Shown one piece after another: positions 18,085-28,287 of a stretch of DNA of 64,000 nt; within the stretch, counting starts at the first letter, position 1; the number at the start of each line of letters is the position of its first letter. The stretch covers positions 192,001-256,000 of the forward strand of contig JBGCFC010000009.1 in NCBI GenBank assembly GCA_045106715.1, in the 5' to 3' direction. The notes beneath the pieces were generated by a model. The model was not told the origin of the DNA. It saw only the letters and a list, made by a program, of their open reading frames with translations, and did not search any database. A program made the position numbers and the translations under genes. This stretch comes from Sandaracinaceae bacterium. Lineage in GTDB: Bacteria; Myxococcota_A; Polyangia; Polyangiales; Sandaracinaceae.

Positions 18085-18462
18085 GTGTATTTCGCGGCAT
18101 TCCAAGAAAAGTTCGGTCCCGGTCGGATCCCCAGGTTGGACGGTCCGTGCTACGCCCTCCGCGTGGACGAGAACGAGAACGAGATCGAGACCGAAGAGGT
18201 CCCTCCCTATGTGCGATTCCTCGCGGCCGCCATCGAGCGTGCGGTGGCCGACCTCACGACGCGCGAACGGATCGAACTCGAAGAGGAGCACCGCCTCCCG
18301 CTGATCTCGGAGCTGATCGCGAAAGCGGCCCAGGCCGAGACGCCCAAGCGCATGATCAAGGCGGTTGTCCGGGGGCTCGTGAACTCGGAGCACGTCGAGG
18401 AGATCTACGCCTCGGACGACGAACTCAAGGACGCCCTGAAAAAGCACCTCGAAGTGGATTGA
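18085..18462 (+). CDS. hypothetical small acidic protein
   Basis: Protein-like composition (Lys/Glu-rich, few Arg), unlike the antisense ORF. Start uncertain. Confidence 0.4.
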   Translation: MYFAAFQEKFGPGRIPRLDGPCYALRVDENENEIETEEVPPYVRFLAAAIERAVADLTTRERIELEEEHRLPLISELIAKAAQAETPKRMIKAVVRGLVNSEHVEEIYASDDELKDALKKHLEVD

Positions 18463-18489
18463 CGCGCTGGGTTCGGCAATCCGCGTCGG

Positions 18490-19245
18490 TCAGCTCGTCG
18501 AGCAAGTGCCGGAGGTAGGCATCCCGCACGTCTCCGTGCACTCACTGCACCCGAAGCTGGCGCCGGTGAAACATCGGGTGCCGCCCATCGCCCGCGGCAC
18601 ACAGATGCCTTGGCCGCCGGTCTCGCAGCTGCCACCTGCGCACTGCTCGGGCATTCCGTCGGGGGTGCCGGGGCAGTCGGCGTCTTCGTAGCAGCACCGT
18701 GGGGAAGGGGAGGGGCTGAGCTCGCAGCTGCCCGCGCCGGCGTCGAGCGGTGGCTCCGTCGGGGATGGGAGGGCGCGCGTCCAGCGGCGGGGCTCCGTCG
18801 GGCATCGGCGGAGGTGCGCCATCTCGGGGCGGGGCTCCGTCGGGCATTCCTGCGTCGGACCCGGCATCCAAGGATGCGTCCATGCTGGGCGGTCCGTCGG
18901 CTGAGGTCGCCCAATCGCAGCTGAAGCCATCGTCGCTGGCGAAGGCGCGGCTCGTCACCAGGACGGACCCCGAGGCGGGCACACCACATCGACGCCGGGG
19001 CACCGGGTCTCCGGAGTGGCGTCGTCGTTTCTCGCGATCGCCGTGCTCGTGTCGCAGCTCGACTGTGTTCCGTCGCAGATCTCGAGCACCGGATCGCCAG
19101 AGCACGCGCCCAGGTCTTCGGATGCCGCGCACGCCACCCGCAAGGTCTCGCCGGGGGTGCAGTCCACGACTTCGTCCTCACGGTGCGTGCCGGAGCAGCC
19201 GACCGAGAAGACCAGAACCAGCGACAGGAGGGCGTAAAAAGGCAT
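18490..19245 (-). pseudogene. Cys-rich secreted lipoprotein, apparently disrupted by two frameshifts (or sequencing indels)
   Basis: Lipobox N-terminus MPFYALLSLVLVFSVGCSG plus a Cys-rich segment in one frame, ending at TGA 18955-18957. The D/A/G/P-rich linker (SRAFASDDGFSCDW...MPDGAPPLDA) is only coding-like in a second frame. The Cys-rich C-terminal domain (CCYEDADCPG...CSECTETCG) is back in the first frame. The alternative frames at each segment are R-rich. Confidence 0.4.
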
Positions 19246-19391
19246 CCCCTGAGCCCTAGCACGCACCGCTCCCCAGAGGGTTTCCGGGTGGGATACTCTC
19301 CCCGCGGCAGACAAGCGCCAAGGTGCGGGCGCCTGACGAGGTCGTAGCGGGCGCGCGGGGATCGCGCCGCGCAGACGGACGGGGAACTCGG

Positions 19392-22300
19392 ATGAGATCA
19401 CGCGTGAGGGGAAGCTGGGCGCTCGGGGCCGTCCTGACGGGGGCGGTGCTGGCCGCGTGCGGCGGGGGGGTCGAGGAGGTCGACGACACCGTCGCCACCA
19501 TCACGCCCATCCGTGGCCGGGCTGAGATCGGTGAGACGACTGCCGCCGTGGTCGCGCGCGCGACATCCGGGGAGACCGTGCGGACCGACGCCGAAGGGCT
19601 GTCCCGTTTGGTGCTCGACCCCGGACCGCACCTCCTGCTTGACCACAACACCGCTGTGGAGCTCGGCGGGAGCGGCTCCGTCATGCTCAGCGAGGGGCGC
19701 GTGTTCGTGGAGGTCGACGCGGGCGAGTCGCTCTCGCTTTCGAGCGCGGGCGGCTCGGTGCGGGCGTCCGGAGCCGCATTCGACGTGCGGCGCGAGGCGG
19801 ACAGCACCGTGTACTACGTGGTCCGCGGCGAGGTCAGCTACACGCATGTCGCCAGCGGGACGCGCGGGATCCTCGGCGCGGGGCAGCGGCTCGAGTTGGG
19901 GGAAGAGCCCGCGATCACGCCTGCCACGCTCTGGCGGGACTGGACCGGCGGCTTGGCCCGTCCAGGACCCGGAGGGGACGGTGGTCCGGCTGGCGTCGGC
20001 GCGCTCGAGGCGCGGGTTCCCGGGGAGACCGGACAGGCGCGGTGGCCGCTCGTCATCCGGCGGCTCGACGTACGCGTGAGCATCGATCGCGACCTGGCGA
20101 TCACCGAGGTCGACCAGGTCTTCTTCAATCCGGCCAGCGAGACGGTCGAGGGGCTCTACCGGATCCGCGTGCCCGAGGGTGCGGTGCTCCAGCGCTTCGC
20201 TGTCGATCGCGCTGATCGCATGGTCGATGGCTACGTACGGGAGCGCGCCATGGCCCGCGCCGCCTACGACCGACAGGTCTACCGAGGCTCCACCGAGGAC
20301 CCCGCCCTGCTGGAGTGGGACGCCCCTGGTCGCTACCGCGCGCGCATCTACCCGATCGGCGCCGGCGAGACGCGTCGGATCGTCATCCGGTACGCCGAGT
20401 GGCTTCGCCCCCCCGCGGGCGGCGAGGCGCGGATGTACCGTTACCCGATGGGCGGTGGGGCGCGCGCGCCTCACATCCAGGAGCTGTCTCTGAGTGTCGA
20501 TGTCGAGGCCTCGGGCGCCCAGCGCGTGCGGGCGGGCATGGGCGCGCTCGTCGAAGAGGGCGCGGTGCGCATCCGGCGGAGCGACTTCCGCCCCCGCGCC
20601 GACTTCTGGTTGGAGCTGGTCGGCACCGACGCCCAGCAAGCGCGCGCCTGGACCGCGCCCCACCGTCCTCCCCCACGCGCGCCCGACGCCGCGGAGGTGC
20701 CCAACGAGGCCGACGAGCGCGACTACTTCTACCTCCCGCTCATCTTGCCCACGACGCTGGCGGACGACGCGACGGATGAGCCGCTCGACCTGGTGATCTT
20801 GGCGGACGTCTCGGCCGGGACGGACCGCTCGCATCTCGAGCTCGGCCGTTCGGTGGTCGAGTCGATCGCCGCGCACCTCGACGAAGAGGACCGCGTGACC
20901 GTGGTGAGCGCGGACCTGACGATCCGGAGCGTCATCGAAGGCGAAGAGGCGGCGCTCGGCGCGGCGACGGCGGGCCGCGTGGAGGCGTTGCTCGACGGGC
21001 TGGCGAGGGTGCCGGCCGGGGGCGCGACGGACCTCGGTCAGGCGATCGCGGCGGCGGCCGAGACGCTGGACCCGACGCGCCGCGGTGCGGTGGTCTATGT
21101 CGGTGACGGGACCCCCACGGTGGGTGAGCTGCGGGCCGAGGGCTTGCTCGAGGCGCTCGGCCGCTTGCCCGATCCGGTCCGGCTGTACGCGGTGGCGGTA
21201 GGCAGCGAGGCCAACCTGGGCTTGCTCGAGACCGTCACCCGTGGGGGCGGTTTGGCGCTCCGCGTGGAGGAGCGGGCCGAGGCGGCGGACGCAGCGATGG
21301 CGGTGCTCGCGCACGTGGAGCGACCGGTGGCGCATCAGGTCACGGTGGCGCTCGGTGACGGGCTCGACAACGCGTTCCCGCGGCGTCCGATGGACGCGGT
21401 GCTGGGCGACGTGTTCCCCGTCGTAGCGCGGGTGCGCGGCGAGGTCCCGACCGAGGTCACGGTCCGGGGCATGGTCCGCGGCACGCCGTTCGAGGAGGTC
21501 ATCGCGCTCGAGTCGCAGACGACCAACGAGACCACTGACCTGCGGCTCCGCTGGGCAGGCGAGCGGCTCCGGCAGCTCCTCCTGGAGGGCGCGGGCCGCG
21601 AAGAGGTGGCCGAGCTGGGCACGCGCTACGGGCTGATTACCCCGTTCACGAGTTACTACGTGCCGAGCCGCAGCGAGCTCGAGCGCATGGGCCCGACCGC
21701 GCTCAACCTGATCGACCAGCCGGACATCCGGGTGGGTATGCAGCGACGCGTCCAGCCGAGCTCCATCGCGGCGGCGGTCTTGATGGCGCCGCTGAGCTTG
21801 GCGGGGTGCAGCTACGAAGCCGGCAGCTCGGCGGAGAGTGAAGCCCCCGAGTGGCTCGACGAGTCCGTCGTCGCAGGCGACCGGAACGAGGGCGCGATGG
21901 GCGAAGACGACAGCCGGCGGTCGAACAACCGCTACGGCATCGAGGGCCCAGGCGAGCCAGAGCCCGAGGAGGAGTCGGAAGCGGCTCCGGATCCGGCCAT
22001 GGTCGGGCAGCTCGGCGCGCTCGGCTACGCAGCGCCGACAACACCCGCGGCCGCAGCTGAGACGGGCGAGGCGGGGCCCATGGACGCGTTGACCGGGGCC
22101 GAAATCGGGGAGAACTCCGGCTTCGGCGGACTCGGCCTGCGCGGCACCGGGCGCGGCGGGGGCGGCACCGGGGAAGGCACCATCGGCCTTGGCAACCTGG
22201 GCACCATCGGGCACGGCGCCGGCGGCGGCTCGCAGCGCGCCCGGGCAGACAGCAACAGCGCCTTCGGAGACTCCGAAGACAACGACCAAGCGGCCAGTAC

Positions 22301-24128
22301 AGGCTCGGGGTACGGACGCGGAGCGGGCGGCCTGCAGGGTCGGAGCGCGGCGATCCCGCGCATTCGCACCGGGACCGCGGAGGTGCGCGGCAGCCTCGCT
22401 CGCGAGGTCATCCGGCGGGTGATCCGCCGGCACATCAACGAGGTCCGGTTCTGCTACGAGCAGGAGCTCAACGCGCGACCGGACCTCACAGGCAGGGTGT
22501 CCGTCCGATTCACCATCGGCCCGACGGGCGCGGTGCAGGACTCCTCGGTGAGCAGCTCGACGCTCAGCAACGCACGGGTCGAGCAGTGCATCGCGCAGGC
22601 GTTGCGCCGCTGGCGCTTCCCCGCGCCGCCCGGTGGTGGGGTCGTCGTGGTGACGTATCCGTTCGTGTTGTCGTCCGCAGGCGGCAGCGGCGCGCGCTCG
22701 GCTCCGACGCCACCGTCTCCGACACCCCCGACGCAGCCGACGGTCGTGACGACGGTCGTGACGCGCACGGGATCGCGCGACGGACACGCGCGCCGCCAGT
22801 GCAGCGACGCGGCGTACCTCCCGCTCTCCGACCGCGAGTCGCTCTGGACGGAGCGTCTCGGAGCCGAGAACAACGCGGCCGCGTGGGTGCGGCTCTACCG
22901 CGACGCCATCCGCGCGTGCGAAGCCCGCACGTGGCGGGATCGCCGCGCGTTCCTGGGACGCATCCTCGGCCGTGCCGGAGGGGTCGAATCCATGACCCAG
23001 GTGCACCGGCTGATGCAGAACCCGGCGGAGCGCACGTTCCTCCGCGGACGGATCCTTCGGCGGGTCCGCACCCCTGAGCAGCTGCGCACGGTGCGCGCGG
23101 CTTTCGGGCTCGGGACCGGTGTCGACTGGGAGCTCGTCGCGCAGATCCTCGACCGGGCCCGCACCGACGCGGCGAAGGTCCGCGCGCTGCGTCGCCTCAC
23201 CATGCAGCACCCCGACAGCTTCGAGCTCAAGCTCCGCCTGCTGGGCATCCTCGAGCGCACGGGCAACACCGCGGAAGCCAAGCGACTCGCGGATCGCATG
23301 CGGGCAGACCCGCTCGCCGACCCGGGCGTGCGCACCGCGATCGGCGAGATGTACCTTCGGCTGAACCGCGAAGACGAGGCCCGGCGCGTGTTCAGCGAGA
23401 TCGTGGAGTTCGCCCCGCTCGACGAGCTGGCGCGTCGCCGCCTCGGGGACCTCTACCGTGCACACGGCTGGTACGAAGACGCCTATCGGCAATACCTCAC
23501 GTTGGCCGAGATTCGCCCCGACGACCCGACGGTGCTCTTGCTGCAGGCGCAGGCCGCGGCGGGAGCGGGGCGGGTCGACGAGGCGCTTCGCCTCGAGCGT
23601 CGCCTCATGCAGACGGCGCAGCCGGGCGCGGCCGTCGGGGTGGCCCGGAGTGCGCTGCTCTGGTCTTCGGTACGTTATGCGCGGCTCAAGCAGGCAGCCC
23701 GGGAGAGCGGTGACGACGCACGCCTCGAGGCCTTGTCGCGGCGGATGCGGCGGAGCGGACTGCTCCGGGAGTCCGGCGCGCTGCGGATCACGCTCGTGTG
23801 GTCGCATCCGGACGCGCAGCTCGCGTTGTTCGCAGCCCACCCCGGCCTCGCCCTGACGCGCCCGCCGGATCTGTCTCCCGAGCTCGGCCTCGAGGCGTTC
23901 CATCTCGAGGAGCAAGAGGCGGGCACCTACCAGTTCGAGGTGCGTCAGATGCGCGCCGAGGACGACCTGACCGAGGTGGACGCGCAGCTCGTCGTCGTCT
24001 GGAACGAAGGCGAATCCGACGAGCGCGTTGAGCTCGTGGACCTCCGCTTCGACCCCGAACACACCAGTTACACCTGGGACCTCACCGGCACGACCCTCGA
24101 TTCGACGACCCCGGGAGGGGCACAGTGA
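19392..24128 (+). CDS. giant lipoprotein: FecR-like domain, VIT domain, vWA domain, Gly-rich linker, AgmX/PglI-type TonB-C-like domain, C-terminal TPR repeats
   Basis: Lipobox LAACGGG. FecR-like strand pattern. VIT-like WPLVIRRLDVRVSIDRDLAITEVDQVFFN. vWA LVILADVS...YVGDGTPT. TonB_C-like RGSLAREVIRRVIRRHINEVRFCYEQEL...VTYPFVL. TPR-like C-terminus. Antisense ORF rejected. Confidence 0.8.
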   Translation: MRSRVRGSWALGAVLTGAVLAACGGGVEEVDDTVATITPIRGRAEIGETTAAVVARATSGETVRTDAEGLSRLVLDPGPHLLLDHNTAVELGGSGSVMLSEGRVFVEVDAGESLSLSSAGGSVRASGAAFDVRREADSTVYYVVRGEVSYTHVASGTRGILGAGQRLELGEEPAITPATLWRDWTGGLARPGPGGDGGPAGVGALEARVPGETGQARWPLVIRRLDVRVSIDRDLAITEVDQVFFNPASETVEGLYRIRVPEGAVLQRFAVDRADRMVDGYVRERAMARAAYDRQVYRGSTEDPALLEWDAPGRYRARIYPIGAGETRRIVIRYAEWLRPPAGGEARMYRYPMGGGARAPHIQELSLSVDVEASGAQRVRAGMGALVEEGAVRIRRSDFRPRADFWLELVGTDAQQARAWTAPHRPPPRAPDAAEVPNEADERDYFYLPLILPTTLADDATDEPLDLVILADVSAGTDRSHLELGRSVVESIAAHLDEEDRVTVVSADLTIRSVIEGEEAALGAATAGRVEALLDGLARVPAGGATDLGQAIAAAAETLDPTRRGAVVYVGDGTPTVGELRAEGLLEALGRLPDPVRLYAVAVGSEANLGLLETVTRGGGLALRVEERAEAADAAMAVLAHVERPVAHQVTVALGDGLDNAFPRRPMDAVLGDVFPVVARVRGEVPTEVTVRGMVRGTPFEEVIALESQTTNETTDLRLRWAGERLRQLLLEGAGREEVAELGTRYGLITPFTSYYVPSRSELERMGPTALNLIDQPDIRVGMQRRVQPSSIAAAVLMAPLSLAGCSYEAGSSAESEAPEWLDESVVAGDRNEGAMGEDDSRRSNNRYGIEGPGEPEPEEESEAAPDPAMVGQLGALGYAAPTTPAAAAETGEAGPMDALTGAEIGENSGFGGLGLRGTGRGGGGTGEGTIGLGNLGTIGHGAGGGSQRARADSNSAFGDSEDNDQAASTGSGYGRGAGGLQGRSAAIPRIRTGTAEVRGSLAREVIRRVIRRHINEVRFCYEQELNARPDLTGRVSVRFTIGPTGAVQDSSVSSSTLSNARVEQCIAQALRRWRFPAPPGGGVVVVTYPFVLSSAGGSGARSAPTPPSPTPPTQPTVVTTVVTRTGSRDGHARRQCSDAAYLPLSDRESLWTERLGAENNAAAWVRLYRDAIRACEARTWRDRRAFLGRILGRAGGVESMTQVHRLMQNPAERTFLRGRILRRVRTPEQLRTVRAAFGLGTGVDWELVAQILDRARTDAAKVRALRRLTMQHPDSFELKLRLLGILERTGNTAEAKRLADRMRADPLADPGVRTAIGEMYLRLNREDEARRVFSEIVEFAPLDELARRRLGDLYRAHGWYEDAYRQYLTLAEIRPDDPTVLLLQAQAAAGAGRVDEALRLERRLMQTAQPGAAVGVARSALLWSSVRYARLKQAARESGDDARLEALSRRMRRSGLLRESGALRITLVWSHPDAQLALFAAHPGLALTRPPDLSPELGLEAFHLEEQEAGTYQFEVRQMRAEDDLTEVDAQLVVVWNEGESDERVELVDLRFDPEHTSYTWDLTGTTLDSTTPGGAQ

Positions 24129-27100
24129 ACCACCTCAAGACCACGCTGATCCTGTGCCTGTTGACCGCCCTCGCCGGCTGCGGTTCGGACCACGACCCCT
24201 CTCCCACCGTGGCCACCGCCGAGGTCATCCGCGGCGGGTTCACTGTCGAAGTCGGCGACGACGCCACCCAGGTCATCGCCACCGCGCGTGTCGAGAACGA
24301 GGCCGAAGTGGCGACCGCGGACGACGGACGCGGGGTCGTGCAGCTCGACTCGGGCGCGTGGATCCTCTTCGACCGCGGGACCACAGGAAGCGTCCGGCTC
24401 GCCGAGCTGACGCTCGGTTCAGGGCGCGTCTGGGTCGACGCCTCGAGCGCCGAGGAGACGACCATCACGACGAGCCACGGCTCGGTCAGCGCGGCCAATG
24501 CGACGTTCGCCGTCGAGCTGGTGGACGGCGCAGCGTCCGTGTACTGCGGCTCGGGCGAGGTGACCTTCCGCAGCGAGGGCGGCTCCGATCGCCTCGCGCA
24601 GGGGGAGCGTGTGCGGTTGGCCGGGTCCACCGCGCCGGACGTCGAGCCGGCCGATCTGTGGGACGACTGGACAGGAGGTTTGGCCGACCCGGGCCGCTCC
24701 CGTGCGCGCCGCGCGACATATCTCGGCGTGCTCGCCGGGCGCCGCACCGACCAGATGGGCGAGGCGCGCACGCCGCTGCCGATCCGAAACCACGAGGTCA
24801 ACGTCACCGTGCACGGAGACCTGGCGGTCACCGAGGTCACGCAGACCTTCTTCAACGCGCGCAGCGACACGCTCGAAGGCGAGTGGTCGATCCGTCTCCC
24901 GCGCGGCGCCATCGTGCAGGGCTTCGCGCTCGATCAGGGCGGCGGGTTCGTGGACGGGGTCGTCAACGCGACGAGCGTCGGCGACGGCTACCAGCTCTCT
25001 TGGATGGGCGTGAACACCAACGGCGCCCGCCTCACGTACGACGGCCCCGACCGCCTGCGGGCGCGTGTGTTCCCGGTCAGCCCCGGCGGAACCGTGCGCG
25101 TGCGACTTCGCTACACCGAGTGGCTCGACCGGCGAGACGACAGTCGGACGTATGTCTATCCGATGCGCGTGGAGGCCGAGCCGCCGCTTCTCGGCGAGTT
25201 CATCCTGACGGTCAACACGTCCGGCAGCGCCATCGGCGGGATGCGCGCCGGCATGGGCGCCACGACCGAGGACGGCCAGGTCGTGCTTCGCCGCAGCGAC
25301 TTTCGGCCGCGCGCCGACTTCTACCTCGATCTCTTCGACGAGGAGGCGCCCCCGAACGATGTGGTCCAGGCGTACGTGATCAGCGCGCCCAACGAGAGCG
25401 GGCCCGGGGCGGCCGAGGGCTCGGAGAGTTACGTGCTGTTCGACTTGCCGACGGAGTCGTTGGTCGAAGACGAAGGCGACGGGACACCGCCGCTCGAGCT
25501 GGTGTTGCTGCTGGACGTCTCGGGCGAGACCGACCCGGAGGACCTCGAGATCGCGCGCGCCGTGATCGAGGCGGTGCTCCGGCAGGTCACACCCACCGAC
25601 CGGGTGGCGATCCGGCTGGCGGACGTGCACGCCTACGCGCCTGAAGGCGCCCCCGAGGGTCTGGTCGAGGCGACCGAGGAGAACCGCGAGGCGCTGCTCG
25701 AGTCGATCGCACGCGTGCATCTCGGCGGCGCGACGGATCTCGGCCGCAGCCTCCGCGAGGCGGGCCAGCTCGTGGCGGGACGTCCGCGTGCGGCGGTCCT
25801 GTACCTCGGCGACGGACTGCCGACGACGGGTGACCTCGACGCGACCGCGCTGCGCGCCACGCTCGCGACGCTGGACGCGCCGCCGCGCTACTTCGGCCTG
25901 GCGGTGGGCGACGGATCCAACGAGGGCCTGCTCAAGCGCCTCTTCGACGGGGAAGCGCAGACGGTGAGCGAGCGCACGGAGGCCGCCCGCGCGGTCATGC
26001 ATGTCTTGGCGGAGGCGGCCGAGCCCACTCTGCGGGGGGTCGAAGTGGACCTCGGCGAGAACGTCGAGCGCATCTACCCACGCCCACCGATCCTCGTGCA
26101 GAACGGCGCGCACCTCAGGCTGGTGGGCCGGTTGGTCGGGGAGCTCCCGACGACGGTCACGCTCCGCGGGGTGCACGACGGTGAGGCGTTCGAAGAAGAG
26201 CTCACGGTCAACCGAGGCAGCGTGCAGGACAACGGAGACATCCGGCGCCGTTGGGCGGTGAACCGGCTCGCCGAGCTGATCGACGAGGACGCGGGCCGCG
26301 AAGCGATGGTCGACCTCGGGCTGCGCTTCTCGCTCGTCTCGCCCTGGACGTCACTCGTCGTCGGCGGCATGCAGGGGGGCTCGATCGCGCCCGTCACGGG
26401 CTTCGACCACGACCCGCTCGGGATCGCCTGGGGCGTGGGCGGCGGCAATCCGACGGTGGCGGCGAGCACGTTCACGGACGACGTCTCCGGCTGGCGTCGA
26501 CGACTGCGTCGCCAGCGGCCCGAACCGGCCATCGCCCCCGAGACCACCTGGGTCTCGCGGGTGAGCGCCGAGGACCCGCCGGCCTCGCGTGAGTCGGGCT
26601 TCGGTTCGGACGGCGGCCTCGCGCGCGCGGCCGTCACCCGTGCGCTTCGGGAGGGTGAGCGAGGACCGCGTGGCTGCTACGAGCGGCGCTCCATCGTGCG
26701 CCCCGACCTGGCAGGCAACATGACCATCGAGGTGGAGGTCGGCGGCGACGGCGCGCCTCGCGGGGTGAACATCGTGTCGTCCTCGCTCGGCGACGATGAC
26801 GTCTCCCGCTGCGTGCAGACGGAAATCCGCGGCCTACGCTTCCCGAGCACCGGCGGTGGCAGCACCGTCACGGTGACCCACACGCTCGACTTCCAGATGC
26901 CCGAGCGTGAGTTCGGCACGCGCCGGCAGTGCTCGGAGGCGTCCCGGCAGGGCCTCGAGGTGCGCCGCGGGCTTTGGTCCGAGCGGCTCGCCCAGAACCC
27001 GGGCGTCGGCGGTGCGCTGACGGTGTGGCGCGGCGCGCGCAACCAGTGCGAGCTGTCGAACTGGCGGGCCCGACGCACGCTGCTGCACATGATGCTGTCG

Positions 27101-28267
27101 CACTCCGGCGGTGTCCGGGGGGGCGTTGCGCTCTACCGCGCCTTCAGTGGTTCCGCGTCCATCGCGAGCTACCTCCGCCGCATCATCCTCCGCCGTGTGC
27201 GCAGCCCTGCCGACGTGACCGCGGTGCGCGCAGGCCTCGGCCTCGACGTGCCCGTCGACTGGAGCCTGTTCTCCCGACTCTGGAAGAACAACGACGACGC
27301 CGAGTACCGCCTCGCGCTCGTCCGGCGCTGGCTCGAGGTCGTGCCCGAGGAGATGGACCTCCGTCTGCGTCTGCTGTCCCTCCTCGAGGAGACCGACAAC
27401 CTCCCCGAAGCGCGGCGGCTCGCCCGGGAGTTGCGCGCCGAGCCGCTGGCCGACGCGCGTGTGCGCACGGCGGTCGGCGAGTTCTGGCTCCGGCAGGAGA
27501 ACATCACCGAAGCGCGCCGCGTGTTCAGCGAGCTGGTCGAGCGCACCCCGCTCGATCCATGGGCACGTCGTCGGCTCGGCGACCTCTACCGCGCGCACGG
27601 CTGGTCTGACGATGCGTACCGCGAGTACCGGACGTTGGCGCGCCTTCGGCCGGGCGACGGTGGCGTGTTGCTTCTGTTGGCGCGAGCGGCGGCCGACGCG
27701 GAGCGGGTCGACGAGGCCCTGCGCCTCGAACAGCGCCTGAGCGAGTCCACCGACCCGGGTGTGCACGAGGGCGTCGCGGGCTACGCACGGCTGTGGACGA
27801 CGGTTCGCCTCGCTCGCCTCAAGCTCGACGACCCAGACGGGGACATGCTGGCGGCCATCCGTCGGCGCGAGCGGGAGTCCGGCGCGTTGCGCGACCCGCC
27901 CGCCGTGTTCGCGGCGCTCACCTGGCGGCACCCCGATGACTACCCGGAGATCGTCGTCCGCTATCCGAGCACCGACGAGGACATCGGCTGGGAGCCCGTG
28001 GAGCTGGGCGGCCGTGACCACGGGATCTTCGCCGTGCGCATCCGGGAGCGCGAGGAAGGCGAGACGCTGTTCGAGGTTCGCCGGCTGGAGCGCGACGAGC
28101 TGCGCGACCTCGAGTGTGAGCTGCTCGTCATCACCGGCCTCGGCACCCCCGAGGAGAGCATCGAGCGCTTCCCGCTGACGTTGACGCGCGACCAAGTGCG
28201 GCGCCGTTTCCAGCTCGGGGACGGCATCGAAGAGGTGAGCATCCCCGCCAGTGAACGCGGCCTCTGA
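24125..28267 (+). CDS. paralogous giant lipoprotein (FecR-like, VIT, vWA, TonB-C-like, TPR)
   Basis: The GTG start overlaps the upstream stop (GTGA). Lipobox LTALAGCGS. Same domain order and recognisable identity to the preceding gene, e.g. LPIRNHEVNVTVHGDLAVTEVTQTFFN and RRLGDLYRAHGW. Confidence 0.8.
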   Translation: MNHLKTTLILCLLTALAGCGSDHDPSPTVATAEVIRGGFTVEVGDDATQVIATARVENEAEVATADDGRGVVQLDSGAWILFDRGTTGSVRLAELTLGSGRVWVDASSAEETTITTSHGSVSAANATFAVELVDGAASVYCGSGEVTFRSEGGSDRLAQGERVRLAGSTAPDVEPADLWDDWTGGLADPGRSRARRATYLGVLAGRRTDQMGEARTPLPIRNHEVNVTVHGDLAVTEVTQTFFNARSDTLEGEWSIRLPRGAIVQGFALDQGGGFVDGVVNATSVGDGYQLSWMGVNTNGARLTYDGPDRLRARVFPVSPGGTVRVRLRYTEWLDRRDDSRTYVYPMRVEAEPPLLGEFILTVNTSGSAIGGMRAGMGATTEDGQVVLRRSDFRPRADFYLDLFDEEAPPNDVVQAYVISAPNESGPGAAEGSESYVLFDLPTESLVEDEGDGTPPLELVLLLDVSGETDPEDLEIARAVIEAVLRQVTPTDRVAIRLADVHAYAPEGAPEGLVEATEENREALLESIARVHLGGATDLGRSLREAGQLVAGRPRAAVLYLGDGLPTTGDLDATALRATLATLDAPPRYFGLAVGDGSNEGLLKRLFDGEAQTVSERTEAARAVMHVLAEAAEPTLRGVEVDLGENVERIYPRPPILVQNGAHLRLVGRLVGELPTTVTLRGVHDGEAFEEELTVNRGSVQDNGDIRRRWAVNRLAELIDEDAGREAMVDLGLRFSLVSPWTSLVVGGMQGGSIAPVTGFDHDPLGIAWGVGGGNPTVAASTFTDDVSGWRRRLRRQRPEPAIAPETTWVSRVSAEDPPASRESGFGSDGGLARAAVTRALREGERGPRGCYERRSIVRPDLAGNMTIEVEVGGDGAPRGVNIVSSSLGDDDVSRCVQTEIRGLRFPSTGGGSTVTVTHTLDFQMPEREFGTRRQCSEASRQGLEVRRGLWSERLAQNPGVGGALTVWRGARNQCELSNWRARRTLLHMMLSHSGGVRGGVALYRAFSGSASIASYLRRIILRRVRSPADVTAVRAGLGLDVPVDWSLFSRLWKNNDDAEYRLALVRRWLEVVPEEMDLRLRLLSLLEETDNLPEARRLARELRAEPLADARVRTAVGEFWLRQENITEARRVFSELVERTPLDPWARRRLGDLYRAHGWSDDAYREYRTLARLRPGDGGVLLLLARAAADAERVDEALRLEQRLSESTDPGVHEGVAGYARLWTTVRLARLKLDDPDGDMLAAIRRRERESGALRDPPAVFAALTWRHPDDYPEIVVRYPSTDEDIGWEPVELGGRDHGIFAVRIREREEGETLFEVRRLERDELRDLECELLVITGLGTPEESIERFPLTLTRDQVRRRFQLGDGIEEVSIPASERGL

Positions 28268-28287
28268 CGCCGGGCCCTGATGGGGGG

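Noticed and set aside
18055-18160. Possible ECF-type autoregulatory promoter (GGAAT-N16-CGCC-like) upstream of the sigma gene
   Set aside because: The match to GGAAC / CGTC-type ECF promoters is weak, and it overlaps the N-terminus of the small plus-strand ORF. It cannot be supported by eye.
18928-18957. In-frame TGA inside the Cys-rich lipoprotein as a possible selenocysteine codon
   Set aside because: The downstream frame immediately becomes Arg-rich and non-coding-like. No SECIS-like hairpin is evident, and the linker is only coding-like in another frame. A frameshift explains it better.
19398-24062. 1,554-aa minus-strand ORF
   Set aside because: It is antisense to the FecR-VIT-vWA giant. 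The translation is Arg/Ala/Gly-rich with no motifs, a typical high-GC antisense artefact.
24419-28195. Minus ORFs 24419-26176 and 26834-28195
   Set aside because: They are antisense to the second giant lipoprotein and R-rich.
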